In this document: positions 45,412 through 54,484 of the stretch, piece after piece
How the letters are laid out: each line of letters begins with the position of its first letter
Position numbering within the stretch: the first letter of the stretch is position 1
DNA from: Parachlamydiales bacterium
GTDB lineage: Bacteria; Chlamydiota; Chlamydiia; Chlamydiales; SM23-39
DNA length: 64,000 nt
Reading direction: 5' to 3'
NCBI GenBank assembly: GCA_015661075.1
Contig: JACVQJ010000011.1
Coordinates: 2,257 to 66,256, forward strand
Made by a program: the position numbers and the translations under genes
Notes under the pieces: model-generated
What the model was told of the DNA's origin: nothing
The model's input: the letters and a program-made list of their open reading frames with translations, nothing else
The model's database searches: none

Positions 45412-46755
45412 ATGTCTATCAATGTAACTATAATACCTAGTGCTGATCCATTACAAAGAGCTGCCGTTCCTGATTCGGAAAAGCCTTCTCCCACAGTTGT
45501 AAAGACCGACAGGGTAGTTAGAGGTTCACTCGCTGAAACGAGAGCAGTGGGTGCAAAAGAAAACTCATCTATTTATCAGTGCTTTGAATATATAGACGCG
45601 AAAGGGAATCGGGGCCGTTTTGTTCGAGAGTTGAATCTGAAAGATGCGAAGGATGATGCACTTATTAGTGAATATCATAAATATGTGGACGATTTGAAGA
45701 ATAAATATAATGACTTCGTGACGATTGATATACAGGGTGGCGAGGTGTTGTTGAAGAATGGTACGACGATTAATCTGCGAAAGGACTCTTCTGATTTACA
45801 GGCTCTTCAAGCTCTTCGTGGAATTGTAAAAACCTTTGAAGAGAAAATGAAATTAAATGCCACGCGTTGGGTTAATTACGGTGAACACGAACGCGGCGAT
45901 TCTGGCGGAAGAGCCTGTCTGGAGATTTCAGAGTTGATGCGAAGGCAACCCATTAGCACATGGACTCTCGATGATTTCATCAAACATGGATTCCAAATTG
46001 ATGGCAAAACTTACTCAGAGATTCAGCGTCGTCTTTTTGATAATTGGATGCTGGAACAATTCTTGAAGGCACTTGTTCGAACAATCGATCATAAGATACT
46101 CGGGCAGCAAAGTAAAATGGTTGGTGCTGCTTCGGCGGGGGAGGAGCAAATCGTTCTCAATCATCTTCATTATTTCAAGAGTCAACTTGAAAATTGCTAT
46201 CAACCGGCAATGGTTTATTCCTTGTTGTTTGGAAAAGATAATCCATCGATTAGCGAAGTAGTCGAGCAAACCCAACAAATTGTGGCAGTACTGGATCGTA
46301 CAAGAACAGGGAGATCTCTCAAAGAAAAACTCCTCAAAGGTGGGCCTGATGAGTCAATGTTCAGCTATGCGAAAAGAACGTTAGCAGAAGATATGACCCT
46401 TCTGAGTGTCTCCGATCCCCAAAACTACAGTCACCTATGCCGCGAACTCGCTCTACATTCGCAAAGAGATCCGCTGGAGTTGGTTCTTTGCCAGTTGGTG
46501 CGCCATCGTGATGATTCTGATGGGGTGACGAACTTTCTCGCTCATCCGCAGATTGAAGAGCTGATGAAAGGATTGCCGCTCGCGATGCGCGATGAAATTA
46601 AGGGCTTCGTAACTCAATTTGTCTCAGACGCCCAGCAGTTTTATACGACAATCCCGAAAGATGGTGATACCAAAGAGGCGATAAAGGAATTCGATGCTGC
46701 TGTAAAAACGCAGATGGCGAGTTCGGCAGCTCAATACCCCGCTTTACTTGGTTAG
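45412..46755 (+). CDS. orphan protein
   Basis: 447-aa ORF, divergent from the six-gene operon. No recognisable domain. Confidence 0.55.
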   Translation: MSINVTIIPSADPLQRAAVPDSEKPSPTVVKTDRVVRGSLAETRAVGAKENSSIYQCFEYIDAKGNRGRFVRELNLKDAKDDALISEYHKYVDDLKNKYNDFVTIDIQGGEVLLKNGTTINLRKDSSDLQALQALRGIVKTFEEKMKLNATRWVNYGEHERGDSGGRACLEISELMRRQPISTWTLDDFIKHGFQIDGKTYSEIQRRLFDNWMLEQFLKALVRTIDHKILGQQSKMVGAASAGEEQIVLNHLHYFKSQLENCYQPAMVYSLLFGKDNPSISEVVEQTQQIVAVLDRTRTGRSLKEKLLKGGPDESMFSYAKRTLAEDMTLLSVSDPQNYSHLCRELALHSQRDPLELVLCQLVRHRDDSDGVTNFLAHPQIEELMKGLPLAMRDEIKGFVTQFVSDAQQFYTTIPKDGDTKEAIKEFDAAVKTQMASSAAQYPALLG

Positions 46756-46916
46756 GCGTCGTAAGCAAATAACTATTTCATTTTGCGGCCATTATAGAAG
46801 CCCATCTGTAAACGATCGCTCCTCGGAGATATTAGAAAATATCCCGCTCGTCGCGATCGTTCACATTTGCACCTCTCTAAAGCCACTAAATGCAACACTT
46901 ATTTGCTTACGACGCC
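46755..46916. repeat. MITE-like nested palindrome, copy D (162 bp), flanked by TTA
   Basis: 19-bp perfect inverted repeat AGGCGTCGTAAGCAAATAA at 46754-46772 against 46899-46917. The inner imperfect inverted repeat contains AACGATCGC / GCGATCGTT. TTA at 46752-46754 and 46917-46919. Confidence 0.6.
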
Positions 46917-47179
46917 TTAGTAATTTTTTGATGACAATTAAATGCGGATGTTATATAATAAAAATAGGGAGATGCTGACTCATTCGTTTGATGAAGCGTT
47001 TGAACGCACTTCTTGCCGCAATCCCACCCCTTCAGGGGTGGGTCTAGGCAAGATATTTTATTCCTGCGGTATGCGGCTTTAGCCGCACCGCAACCTTAAG
47101 CGGAAGAAGAATCTCCTCCTTTCAAGGAGGAGTTCTTCAATAATAGGAATGTTTCTAATAAATAAAAAAGAGGTGAAAA

Positions 47180-47896
47180 ATGTACGTTCAACCTGTGATG
47201 AGTTTAGCTGAAGCCTTTAAATTATTTGACGATGAACTATCAATTCAGAATCAAGCGAAAGCGGTCGTTGCCACGCTGACGAATGATACGGCTTCGATGA
47301 CTGATCGCGCTCAAACGCTCTTTACTCTCGATCAATTATATTCCTCTCCCCAATTCCAGAAACTGGATCAGCTGGCAGTAAGTTTTAATGAAACAGATTC
47401 CAATAAAACTTATCTCGATCAGGTGAAATCTTTGGCAGTCACATACGCGCAATCGATCACTCTGAAGACTTTTTTTCCGGGCGAAGATTCACAAACACTC
47501 CAGTGCGGATCTGGTGACACGTCCCTCTATTCGGTTTATCAAGCTTTCTACGGGAATGCGACTGACATGTTTCATCTATGCCGCGATGTTCACTATAAAA
47601 GTGATATCAAGACTTTTTGCGGGATCGACGGTCAAACACTTCAAAATGTTGAAGAAGGATGTGATTTTATCATTGGTGGAAGATTTCCTAGCGTCGTGCA
47701 TAAAGATGATGTTGACACCGACTGTTCAGGGTTTATCGTTACGGCTCATTCTGATGGAAAGAGTCACCTTTTTACAGTCAGGGGTAGTATCTCTGCCTGG
47801 GATAGCTCCGATGCGTTGAAAGGTGTATATGAGCAGGGAACTGTAAACCCTAACTTGACGGCTCTGCAAAATAAAATGAATGCACAGATTTGTTGA
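47180..47896 (+). CDS. orphan protein
   Basis: 238-aa ORF with a good RBS (AAGAGGTG, 5 nt before the ATG). No recognisable domain. Confidence 0.55.
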   Translation: MYVQPVMSLAEAFKLFDDELSIQNQAKAVVATLTNDTASMTDRAQTLFTLDQLYSSPQFQKLDQLAVSFNETDSNKTYLDQVKSLAVTYAQSITLKTFFPGEDSQTLQCGSGDTSLYSVYQAFYGNATDMFHLCRDVHYKSDIKTFCGIDGQTLQNVEEGCDFIIGGRFPSVVHKDDVDTDCSGFIVTAHSDGKSHLFTVRGSISAWDSSDALKGVYEQGTVNPNLTALQNKMNAQIC

Positions 47897-47990
47897 TCTC
47901 GACTTTGTGCCCGGAGTATGTAAAAAAATGATTTGATAAAGAGCTCAAACTTGTTATGATATCTTCCTGACAAACGACGAGCGCTTTAGT

Positions 47991-49016
47991 ATGTCATTGG
48001 CAATACAATCACAAATTCAGCCTGGATCCGTGAGCGGACAGACGGCGAGGGAATCGTTCTGGAATCACCGCGCTGTAAAAATAGTTGCCGTGACAGGCAC
48101 GGTGGTCCTGGTCGCGGCTGTTGCTGGATTGCTATTCATTCCCGGCGCACCTCTGGTCCAGTACGGCGCGATTATTGCGGGGACGATTGCCAGCCACAGG
48201 TTTGCTGCCATTACGCTGATTGGAGTGAGCGTTATTTTCATGAGTGTATATGCAGCGGCCCGGCGAGTGTTTCATGGCAGATCCAACAATGCGGCACCGC
48301 CTTCGTTACAGCCGAAACGTTCAAATTCGAATTTAAGCGAAGCGCGAAACTTCTTCCGCCGTCCAATAGGAAGGGAGTCATTGCATGAAGATGAATTAGA
48401 GAGCATTTCTTCCGATATGCCGTCATCGGCCATGATGTCTAAAAAGGTCAGTAATTTGGCGGTGATTTTACAACCAACATCGCGAACAACGGCACCGAAA
48501 GAGGCGTTGTTTAAAGAAGGTTTAATCGCCTGGTGTAATGAAAAAAAAGGCACTCTTGAATATGTTCCTCGTGTCAATGTAGCAAAAAAAATCAGAAAGT
48601 GTTTCGATGAAAACGAACCTGTGCTCGATCTGAATGGACGCCAGCGGATCACGTCGCTTCCTGAGGCGATCGGGTTTTGCGGAGCTTTGAAAAAGATCGA
48701 TTTGAGTCTCTGCATTCGTCTCGCAGCGCTTCCCGAGGCAATCGGTTCATTGGTTGCTCTGAATGAGCTTGACCTGAGCGGTTGTTGCAGGCTGATAGCG
48801 ATTCCCAAGACGATCAGCTCATGCGCGGCTCTTAAAAAACTTGGATTGAGTCGTTGCACACGGCTTACGCATCTTCCGGAAATATTTGATTTTTTTAGGT
48901 CTATCCCAGAGTTCGATGTGAGGGAATGCGTTCGACTCGCTCCCTTTCTCGAAAGGTACGGCCTGTACGGGAATGTCCGATCCGCTCCTTTTCGTGCGCG
49001 GATTTGGAGGCACTAA
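47991..49016 (+). CDS. membrane-anchored leucine-rich-repeat protein (Inc-like hydrophobic N-terminus plus LRRs)
   Basis: Long hydrophobic segment at aa 29-90. C-terminal 24-residue repeats run ITSLPEAIGFCGALKKIDLSLCIRLAALPEAIGSLVALNELDLSGCCRLIAIPKTISSCAALKKLGLSRCTRLTHLPE. The last roughly 40 codons overlap a minus-strand gene remnant, so the 3' end is uncertain. Confidence 0.65.
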   Translation: MSLAIQSQIQPGSVSGQTARESFWNHRAVKIVAVTGTVVLVAAVAGLLFIPGAPLVQYGAIIAGTIASHRFAAITLIGVSVIFMSVYAAARRVFHGRSNNAAPPSLQPKRSNSNLSEARNFFRRPIGRESLHEDELESISSDMPSSAMMSKKVSNLAVILQPTSRTTAPKEALFKEGLIAWCNEKKGTLEYVPRVNVAKKIRKCFDENEPVLDLNGRQRITSLPEAIGFCGALKKIDLSLCIRLAALPEAIGSLVALNELDLSGCCRLIAIPKTISSCAALKKLGLSRCTRLTHLPEIFDFFRSIPEFDVRECVRLAPFLERYGLYGNVRSAPFRARIWRH

Positions 49017-49350
49017 GGGCCGTCCAACGGCCATTAAAGTAACCGCCACGGTAACACCGTCCCTGAATACGCTTTTGCTCTTCATCTCCCGCATAAATGA
49101 TGGTGCCTTGTCCGCGATGCACTTGCGCCCAGTTGCACCATACACGTTTCTTCGACAGCAAATGGCGGGCGCTTAAAAGCGCCCGATAAAATAAATAGCT
49201 CGGCTAACCCGCCCCTGAAGAGGCGGGATTGCGCTTCGAGCAAGCTGTTCAAAGGACAAAAAATACGCCGATTTAAAATGATTCCATTTGGGGGCAAGAA
49301 ATGACCAATAGCTTGAAATTTATTTCATTGATCGCATAGCTGATAAAGGT

Positions 49351-49431
49351 TGCAGAATGTTGCTATATTTGATTGATTCTGCTAAATTTAGCCTAAATCT
49401 GCAGAATTCTATTTTTTTTCGGGGATTCTGC
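49351..49431. promoter_or_regulatory. periodic array of four TGCAGAAT/ATTCTGC half-sites upstream of the ATPase gene
   Basis: TGCAGAAT at 49351 and 49400. ATTCTGC at 49376 and 49425. Orientation alternates and the spacing is 24-25 bp. The last site ends 20 nt before the ATG (RBS AAGGAGG). Confidence 0.45.
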
Positions 49432-49451
49432 GATGTTGTTAAGGAGGCGAG

Positions 49452-50900
49452 ATGAGTGCGATTTTTGCGAGGGTTAAAGAACTGAAAATGTTGGAAAGGA
49501 TTTTACATTCCAGAAAGCCTGAATTCTTAGCTGTTTACGGCCGGAGACGGGTTGGCAAAACCTTTCTGATAAGAGAGTTTTTTAAAACTAAAGGGCTTTA
49601 TTTTGCTTTGACGGGAGTAAAGAATGCAAAAACACAAAAACAGCTTAAAAATTTTGCAGAAGAATTTTCCAGAGTGTTTAAACCTAAAAAATATGAGCCG
49701 CCTAAAGATTGGTTTGAGGCTTTTTCACAATTGAGAAAGGCCATCGAATCGAGAAAAGATCCTCAACGGGTGATTCTTTTTCTTGATGAACTTCCCTGGT
49801 TAGCTACGCCTCGTTCTGGTTTTTTGGAAGATCTAGATCATTTTTGGAATCGTTATATGTCGGAGGATAACCGGATTATTCTGATTGTTTGCGGTTCAGC
49901 CGCTTCATGGATGATCAAAAAAGTTGTCCATGATAAAGGAGGATTGCATGGGCGATTGACAGCTGATATGCGCCTTCTCCCTTTTGATCTCAGGGAAACG
50001 GAAGAATTTTTAAAAAATAGGGGCGTCGATCTGAATCGCAAGGCGGTCATCGATATTTACATGGCGATCGGCGGTATCCCAAAATATCTTAATTATATTT
50101 CAAAAGGTCAGTCAGCTCTGCAGGTTGTTAACCATCTCTGTTTTGATGGACCTTTGGAAGACGAGTTTGAAGAACTCTATTCTTCTCTGTTCGAGAATCA
50201 TGAACGTCATGTCAGTATTATAAAGGCTTTAGCTGAACGTCCGGGAGGGATGACAAAGACTGAAATGGCTAAATCTACATCTTTGTCTGCGGGCGGGGGG
50301 ATGAATATGGTTCTCGAAGAGCTCGAACAGTCGGGTTTCGTCTTGTCGGTGAAAGATTTTGGAAAGCAAAAAAAAGAAAGTCGATACAGATTGGTTGATG
50401 AATACTCATTATTTCATCTTAAATGGTTGCAAAAATCACAAGAAATCAATTTGAGAACTCGCGATGACAAATTTTGGATGAATATATTCAACAGTCCAAT
50501 GGGGCAATCCTGGGCGGGTTATGCATTCGAAATATTGTGTCTTAAACATTTGCAAAACATCAAAGATGCGCTCGGAATCACAGGTGTATTAACAAATGCT
50601 TCTGGTTGGTGTTATAAATCCCATGGAAAAAGCAAAGAAAGGGGAGTGCAAATTGATCTGCTCATCGATCGTGCTGATAACTGTATTAATTTATGTGAGA
50701 TTAAATATTGCAATGATGAATTTCTTGTAAACAAAGCTTGTGATAAAGATTTGCGCGAGAAAAAAAGCCTTTTTATTGCACATACAAAAACTAGAAAGAG
50801 TGTGTTTTTGACGCTAATTGCGCCATATGGAACAAAGCAGAATGTAGGATATTTTGATACGGTAGATGTTTCTCTTACAATGGATAGCCTTTTTTCATGA
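49452..50900 (+). CDS. AAA-type ATPase (archaeal-ATPase-like) with a DUF234-like C-terminal domain
   Basis: Walker [11 protein letters not shown] and Walker [12 protein letters not shown] winged-helix-like middle region. C-terminus [26 protein letters not shown] is nuclease-fold-like. The 3' end overlaps clpX convergently by 6 nt. Confidence 0.75.
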   Translation: MSAIFARVKELKMLERILHSRKPEFLAVYGRRRVGKTFLIREFFKTKGLYFALTGVKNAKTQKQLKNFAEEFSRVFKPKKYEPPKDWFEAFSQLRKAIESRKDPQRVILFLDELPWLATPRSGFLEDLDHFWNRYMSEDNRIILIVCGSAASWMIKKVVHDKGGLHGRLTADMRLLPFDLRETEEFLKNRGVDLNRKAVIDIYMAIGGIPKYLNYISKGQSALQVVNHLCFDGPLEDEFEELYSSLFENHERHVSIIKALAERPGGMTKTEMAKSTSLSAGGGMNMVLEELEQSGFVLSVKDFGKQKKESRYRLVDEYSLFHLKWLQKSQEINLRTRDDKFWMNIFNSPMGQSWAGYAFEILCLKHLQNIKDALGITGVLTNASGWCYKSHGKSKERGVQIDLLIDRADNCINLCEIKYCNDEFLVNKACDKDLREKKSLFIAHTKTRKSVFLTLIAPYGTKQNVGYFDTVDVSLTMDSLFS

Positions 50901-52118
50901 ACGATCCCGTACGATGCGGGGCGTTTGATTGCCGGTGATGCACTCTTTCTCGACGTAGATTTCGCGGATCGATGGATCGGACGGCACCTCAAACATCAGA
51001 TCGCGCAGCATGTTCTCGGCGATCATGCGCAAGGCTCTGGCGCCGGTTCCCGTATCCTTGGCTTTTTGAGCCATTGCGAGGAGCGCTTCTTCAGAAAATT
51101 CCAGCTTGACGTTTTCTTCCTGAAACATCGCCTGATATTGCTTGATCACGGCGTTTTTCGGCGTCGTCAAGATGCTCACGAGGTCTTCCACCGTCAGATC
51201 GTTGCAGTTCGCGAGGCTGTTGAATCTCCCGACGAATTCCGGGATCATCCCGAACTGGATCAGATCTTCCGGCTCGACTTTCGAGAGAAGGTAATTGGTT
51301 TCTTGCGCATCGAAGCTACGCTTCGTTGCGGCGTCAAAGCCGATCGTGCTTTTTCCCAGGCGCTTGGCGACAATCTTGTCGAGATGGCCGAACGCTCCGC
51401 CCACAATGAAGAGAATGTTTTGCGTGTTGACTTTGATGTATTCCTGGTTCGGATGCTTGCGCCCGCCTTTCGGAGGGACGTTCGCCACCGTTCCTTCGAC
51501 GATCTTGAGCAGGGCCTGCTGAACGCCCTCGCCCGATACATCGCGCGTGATCGAGACATTGGACGTGGTTTTGCGGATTTTGTCGATCTCATCGACATAA
51601 ATAATGCCGAGCTCCGCTTTCGCGACATCATATTCAGCCGCTTGGAGCAGGCGCAGGATGATGTTTTCAACGTCTTCGCCGACATAACCGGCTTCAGTTA
51701 AAGTTGTCGCATCGGAAATAGCAAACGGCACAGCCAGGATCATAGCTAGCGTGCGGGCCAAAAGTGTTTTTCCCGAACCGGTCGGTCCGATCAGCATCAC
51801 ATTGGATTTGCTGTACTCGATGTTGCTCGGCTTCGAGAGTGAGCGGATGCGCTTATAATGGTTATAGACGGCAACGGCAATCGTTTTCTTGGCCGATACC
51901 TGCCCGATGACATATTCGTCGAGATGCGCTTTGATTTCTTTGGGCTTGAGAAGCTTGATATCGTAGGATACCGGTTTTTTCTGGATGATGTCGACGCACA
52001 AGGTTACGCACTTATCGCATATAAAGGCGTTCGGGCCGGAAATCAGTTTTTCAACGAGATCTTCCGTGCGTCCGCAGAATGAGCAGGTGGCCGGGACTCC
52101 ATCAGATTTTTTTCGCAT
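50895..52118 (-). CDS. clpX: ATP-dependent protease ATPase subunit ClpX
   Basis: N-terminal zinc-binding CSFCGR...CDKCV, Walker [12 protein letters not shown], Walker [10 protein letters not shown]. Confidence 0.95.
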   Translation of the reverse strand: MRKKSDGVPATCSFCGRTEDLVEKLISGPNAFICDKCVTLCVDIIQKKPVSYDIKLLKPKEIKAHLDEYVIGQVSAKKTIAVAVYNHYKRIRSLSKPSNIEYSKSNVMLIGPTGSGKTLLARTLAMILAVPFAISDATTLTEAGYVGEDVENIILRLLQAAEYDVAKAELGIIYVDEIDKIRKTTSNVSITRDVSGEGVQQALLKIVEGTVANVPPKGGRKHPNQEYIKVNTQNILFIVGGAFGHLDKIVAKRLGKSTIGFDAATKRSFDAQETNYLLSKVEPEDLIQFGMIPEFVGRFNSLANCNDLTVEDLVSILTTPKNAVIKQYQAMFQEENVKLEFSEEALLAMAQKAKDTGTGARALRMIAENMLRDLMFEVPSDPSIREIYVEKECITGNQTPRIVRDRS

Positions 52119-52126
52119 ATCTCTCT

Positions 52127-52753
52127 TTATGGGGCAGTGATGAGTACTTCGCGGGTCGGCTCGCTGCTCTTTTCCGGCGGACGGGCGATGTGATCGACGA
52201 TCCCGTACTTCAGGGCTGCATCGGGATCCATGTAAAAATCGCGCTCGGAATCTTCCAGCACTTTTTCGATGGGCTGGCTGGTAAAGCGGGAAACCAGAGA
52301 AGCGGTGATCTTTTTCAGATTCAGAATTTCTTTCGCCTGCAGTGCGATATCTTCGGAAGTGCCCATAATGCCGCCGTACGGTTGGTGGAGCATGATGCGG
52401 CTATGGGGCAGAGCGAAGCGTTTGCCTTTGGTGCCTGCCGCCAGCAGCAGGGCTGACATGGAAACGGCCTGGCCGATACAATAGGTGTTGATGTCGCATC
52501 CGAGGAATAGCATGGTGTCGAGAATGGCCAGCCCGGCCGTGATATTGCCTCCGGCCGAGTTGATATAGAGGTTAATGTCCTTTTTGGGGTCTTCCATCTT
52601 CAAAAACAAAAGCTGCGCGACGATGACGTTCGCGACCTGGTCGGTAATATCCATTCCAAGAAAGATGATGCGGTCTTTCAGCAGGCGGGAAAAGATGTCC
52701 ATGGATCGCTCGCCGCGTCCGGTATCTTCAATTACATAGGGGGTCAATGACAT
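52127..52753 (-). CDS. clpP: ATP-dependent Clp protease proteolytic subunit ClpP
   Basis: ERIIFLG-type N-terminus ([10 protein letters not shown]). Active-site context [14 protein letters not shown]. Followed by MLHQP. Confidence 0.95.
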   Translation of the reverse strand: MSLTPYVIEDTGRGERSMDIFSRLLKDRIIFLGMDITDQVANVIVAQLLFLKMEDPKKDINLYINSAGGNITAGLAILDTMLFLGCDINTYCIGQAVSMSALLLAAGTKGKRFALPHSRIMLHQPYGGIMGTSEDIALQAKEILNLKKITASLVSRFTSQPIEKVLEDSERDFYMDPDAALKYGIVDHIARPPEKSSEPTREVLITAP

Positions 52754-52815
52754 GAAAATATCTCCGATTCCAGTCTCACCTTATAGGGTCTTTTCTTTTC
52801 AGAGGTCAAGGTATT

Positions 52816-54162
52816 TTATCCTGATACTGTCGAAGCCCCGCTATCGACGGCGGCCGGCTGATCTTTGGAACAATTGTCCAGAATGTAGTTTTGGGCTTTC
52901 GCCAAAATGACCTTTGAAAGGGCTAGGGCAAAAATCTCTTTGTTTAAATGAGCCGGGTCAATTTTTCTGCCGAACGCGTGGGCTGACTCGACCGCTTCCT
53001 GCTGCACTTCTGCATGAGTGACGGTAATTTTTGCGTCGCGCACGATTTGCCTCGATAGATAAAACAGCCGGACGGCTTGATCCGATTCCGTGTAGATCTT
53101 CTCATCGAGCTTTTTTAGCTCTTCGCGAGACAGCTTTTCGAACGATTCGCGGTGTTTGGGATCGTTTTGCAGCTGGGTTTTGCGGTGATTTTTTTCCGTT
53201 TCGATCAAAGAAAGCGGCAGCTCGAAGGCATATTGATGGATCAGAAAATCATTCACCTGGTCGCGAAGCTGCGATTGTCCTTTTTCATCTGCATTGCGAA
53301 ACAGCGCTTCGGCAATCGAGACGCGCATCGCAGCGACGTCGCTCACGCCCATTTTGTGGGCAAAATCTTCCATTTCAGGAAGGGAGGCTTCTTCGACCTT
53401 ATGGATCTGGAGGCGCACCTTTTTCGGTGTAAATTCTTTTTTTTCAGTCTCGGACGCATCGGCATCGAGATCAGTCACTCCTTCGAGTACATCGCCCTCT
53501 TTAGCCCCGATGACGAGTTGCTTCATCCACTCGGCCATGCGCGCTTTGGATACCTCAAAGCGGATATGGTCGAACACTTTTTGCGGAGGGTCTTCCAGGG
53601 TATCCAGATCAATCATTATATAGTCGCCGTCCTGGATGCCGCGCTCTGTCACGGGTTTCCAATCCGCATAGTAAAAGCGCATTTGATGGATCGCTTCGTC
53701 GACCTGCTTGTCGCCCACATCAGGCCGATTCACCGATTGGGGGTGAAACTGTTTGGGGTCGACCGTTGGAACGGATGGCTCCGTATCAAAGGAGAAGGTC
53801 AGCTCCGCCCCATCTTCCAGGGAGTGCTTTTTCAAATCGAAACTAACAGGGGAGTTCGTGTTGAGCATCGGTACATGCGCCTGCTGCAGAGCCGTGCCGA
53901 ACGCCGCGTCGGCGATCGATTTATGCCATTGGCTCTCGACGGCAGAAGGGTATTTCTTCAGAATCATCTCTTCCGGGGCGTGGCCTTTGCGAAAACCAGG
54001 GAAGGTCACTTCCTTGCCCACTTTTTTGATTGCGTCTTTCCGGGCATTGGCCACCAGTACGGGAGGGGCTTTTACCTCAAGTTCGATACGGCAGGCAGGC
54101 TTGCGATGGACAATCACTGAAATATCCGACGGCGGATTATGGGGCGATGACTGTTTTGGCAC
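52816..54162 (-). CDS. tig: trigger factor
   Basis: Ribosome-binding signature FPGFRKGHAP, an FKBP-like middle domain, and a helical C-terminus. The tig-clpP-clpX synteny supports the call. Confidence 0.9.
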   Translation of the reverse strand: MPKQSSPHNPPSDISVIVHRKPACRIELEVKAPPVLVANARKDAIKKVGKEVTFPGFRKGHAPEEMILKKYPSAVESQWHKSIADAAFGTALQQAHVPMLNTNSPVSFDLKKHSLEDGAELTFSFDTEPSVPTVDPKQFHPQSVNRPDVGDKQVDEAIHQMRFYYADWKPVTERGIQDGDYIMIDLDTLEDPPQKVFDHIRFEVSKARMAEWMKQLVIGAKEGDVLEGVTDLDADASETEKKEFTPKKVRLQIHKVEEASLPEMEDFAHKMGVSDVAAMRVSIAEALFRNADEKGQSQLRDQVNDFLIHQYAFELPLSLIETEKNHRKTQLQNDPKHRESFEKLSREELKKLDEKIYTESDQAVRLFYLSRQIVRDAKITVTHAEVQQEAVESAHAFGRKIDPAHLNKEIFALALSKVILAKAQNYILDNCSKDQPAAVDSGASTVSG

Positions 54163-54192
54163 TACAACCTCTGAAAATTAATTAATAAATGA

Positions 54193-54264
54193 AGCGGGTG
54201 ATGAGATTCGAACTCATGACCCTCACGTTGGCAACGTGATGCTCTACCACTGAGCCACACCCGC
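54193..54264 (-). tRNA. tRNA-Gly (anticodon GCC)
   Basis: The reverse complement folds as a cloverleaf: GCGGGTG acceptor stem, GCTCAGTGGTAGAGC D-arm, anticodon arm TCACG-TTGCCAA-CGTGA, and T-arm ATGAG-TTCGAAT-CTCAT. No CCA is encoded. Confidence 0.92.
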
Positions 54265-54484
54265 GAATGCGCGCTTCAATCAAAGGTGAGCATCTTAGGC
54301 GATTGGTTTTTTATGATCAAGAGGCAACATAATCTTCCTGCGTCCGGAATAAAATTATTTTTTGGTTGCGGGACTAATGAGAAATATGTAAAACCCCTAC
54401 ATTGGCGAGCCTGCCCTCGAAACTTCTTGCCTCGTAAAATGAGAAGATTCGCATGCCGGCTCGGGCCAACTTGGAGAATCGCGC

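Noticed and set aside
47009-47110. A cloverleaf-like arrangement of stems, considered as a possible tRNA or tRNA-like gene.
   Set aside because: There are no conserved D-loop or T-loop sequences (no GTTCRA), the arm lengths are wrong, and no 7-nt anticodon loop is present. I kept it only as a structured-repeat observation.
48901-49297. Minus-strand ORF fragments with RGG-type motifs, considered as a sulfatase-modifying-factor (FGE)-like pseudogene.
   Set aside because: The resemblance rests on two short motifs only. I could not reconstruct a convincing domain by eye. It is mentioned under the LRR finding as something to test by BLASTX, not called as a feature.
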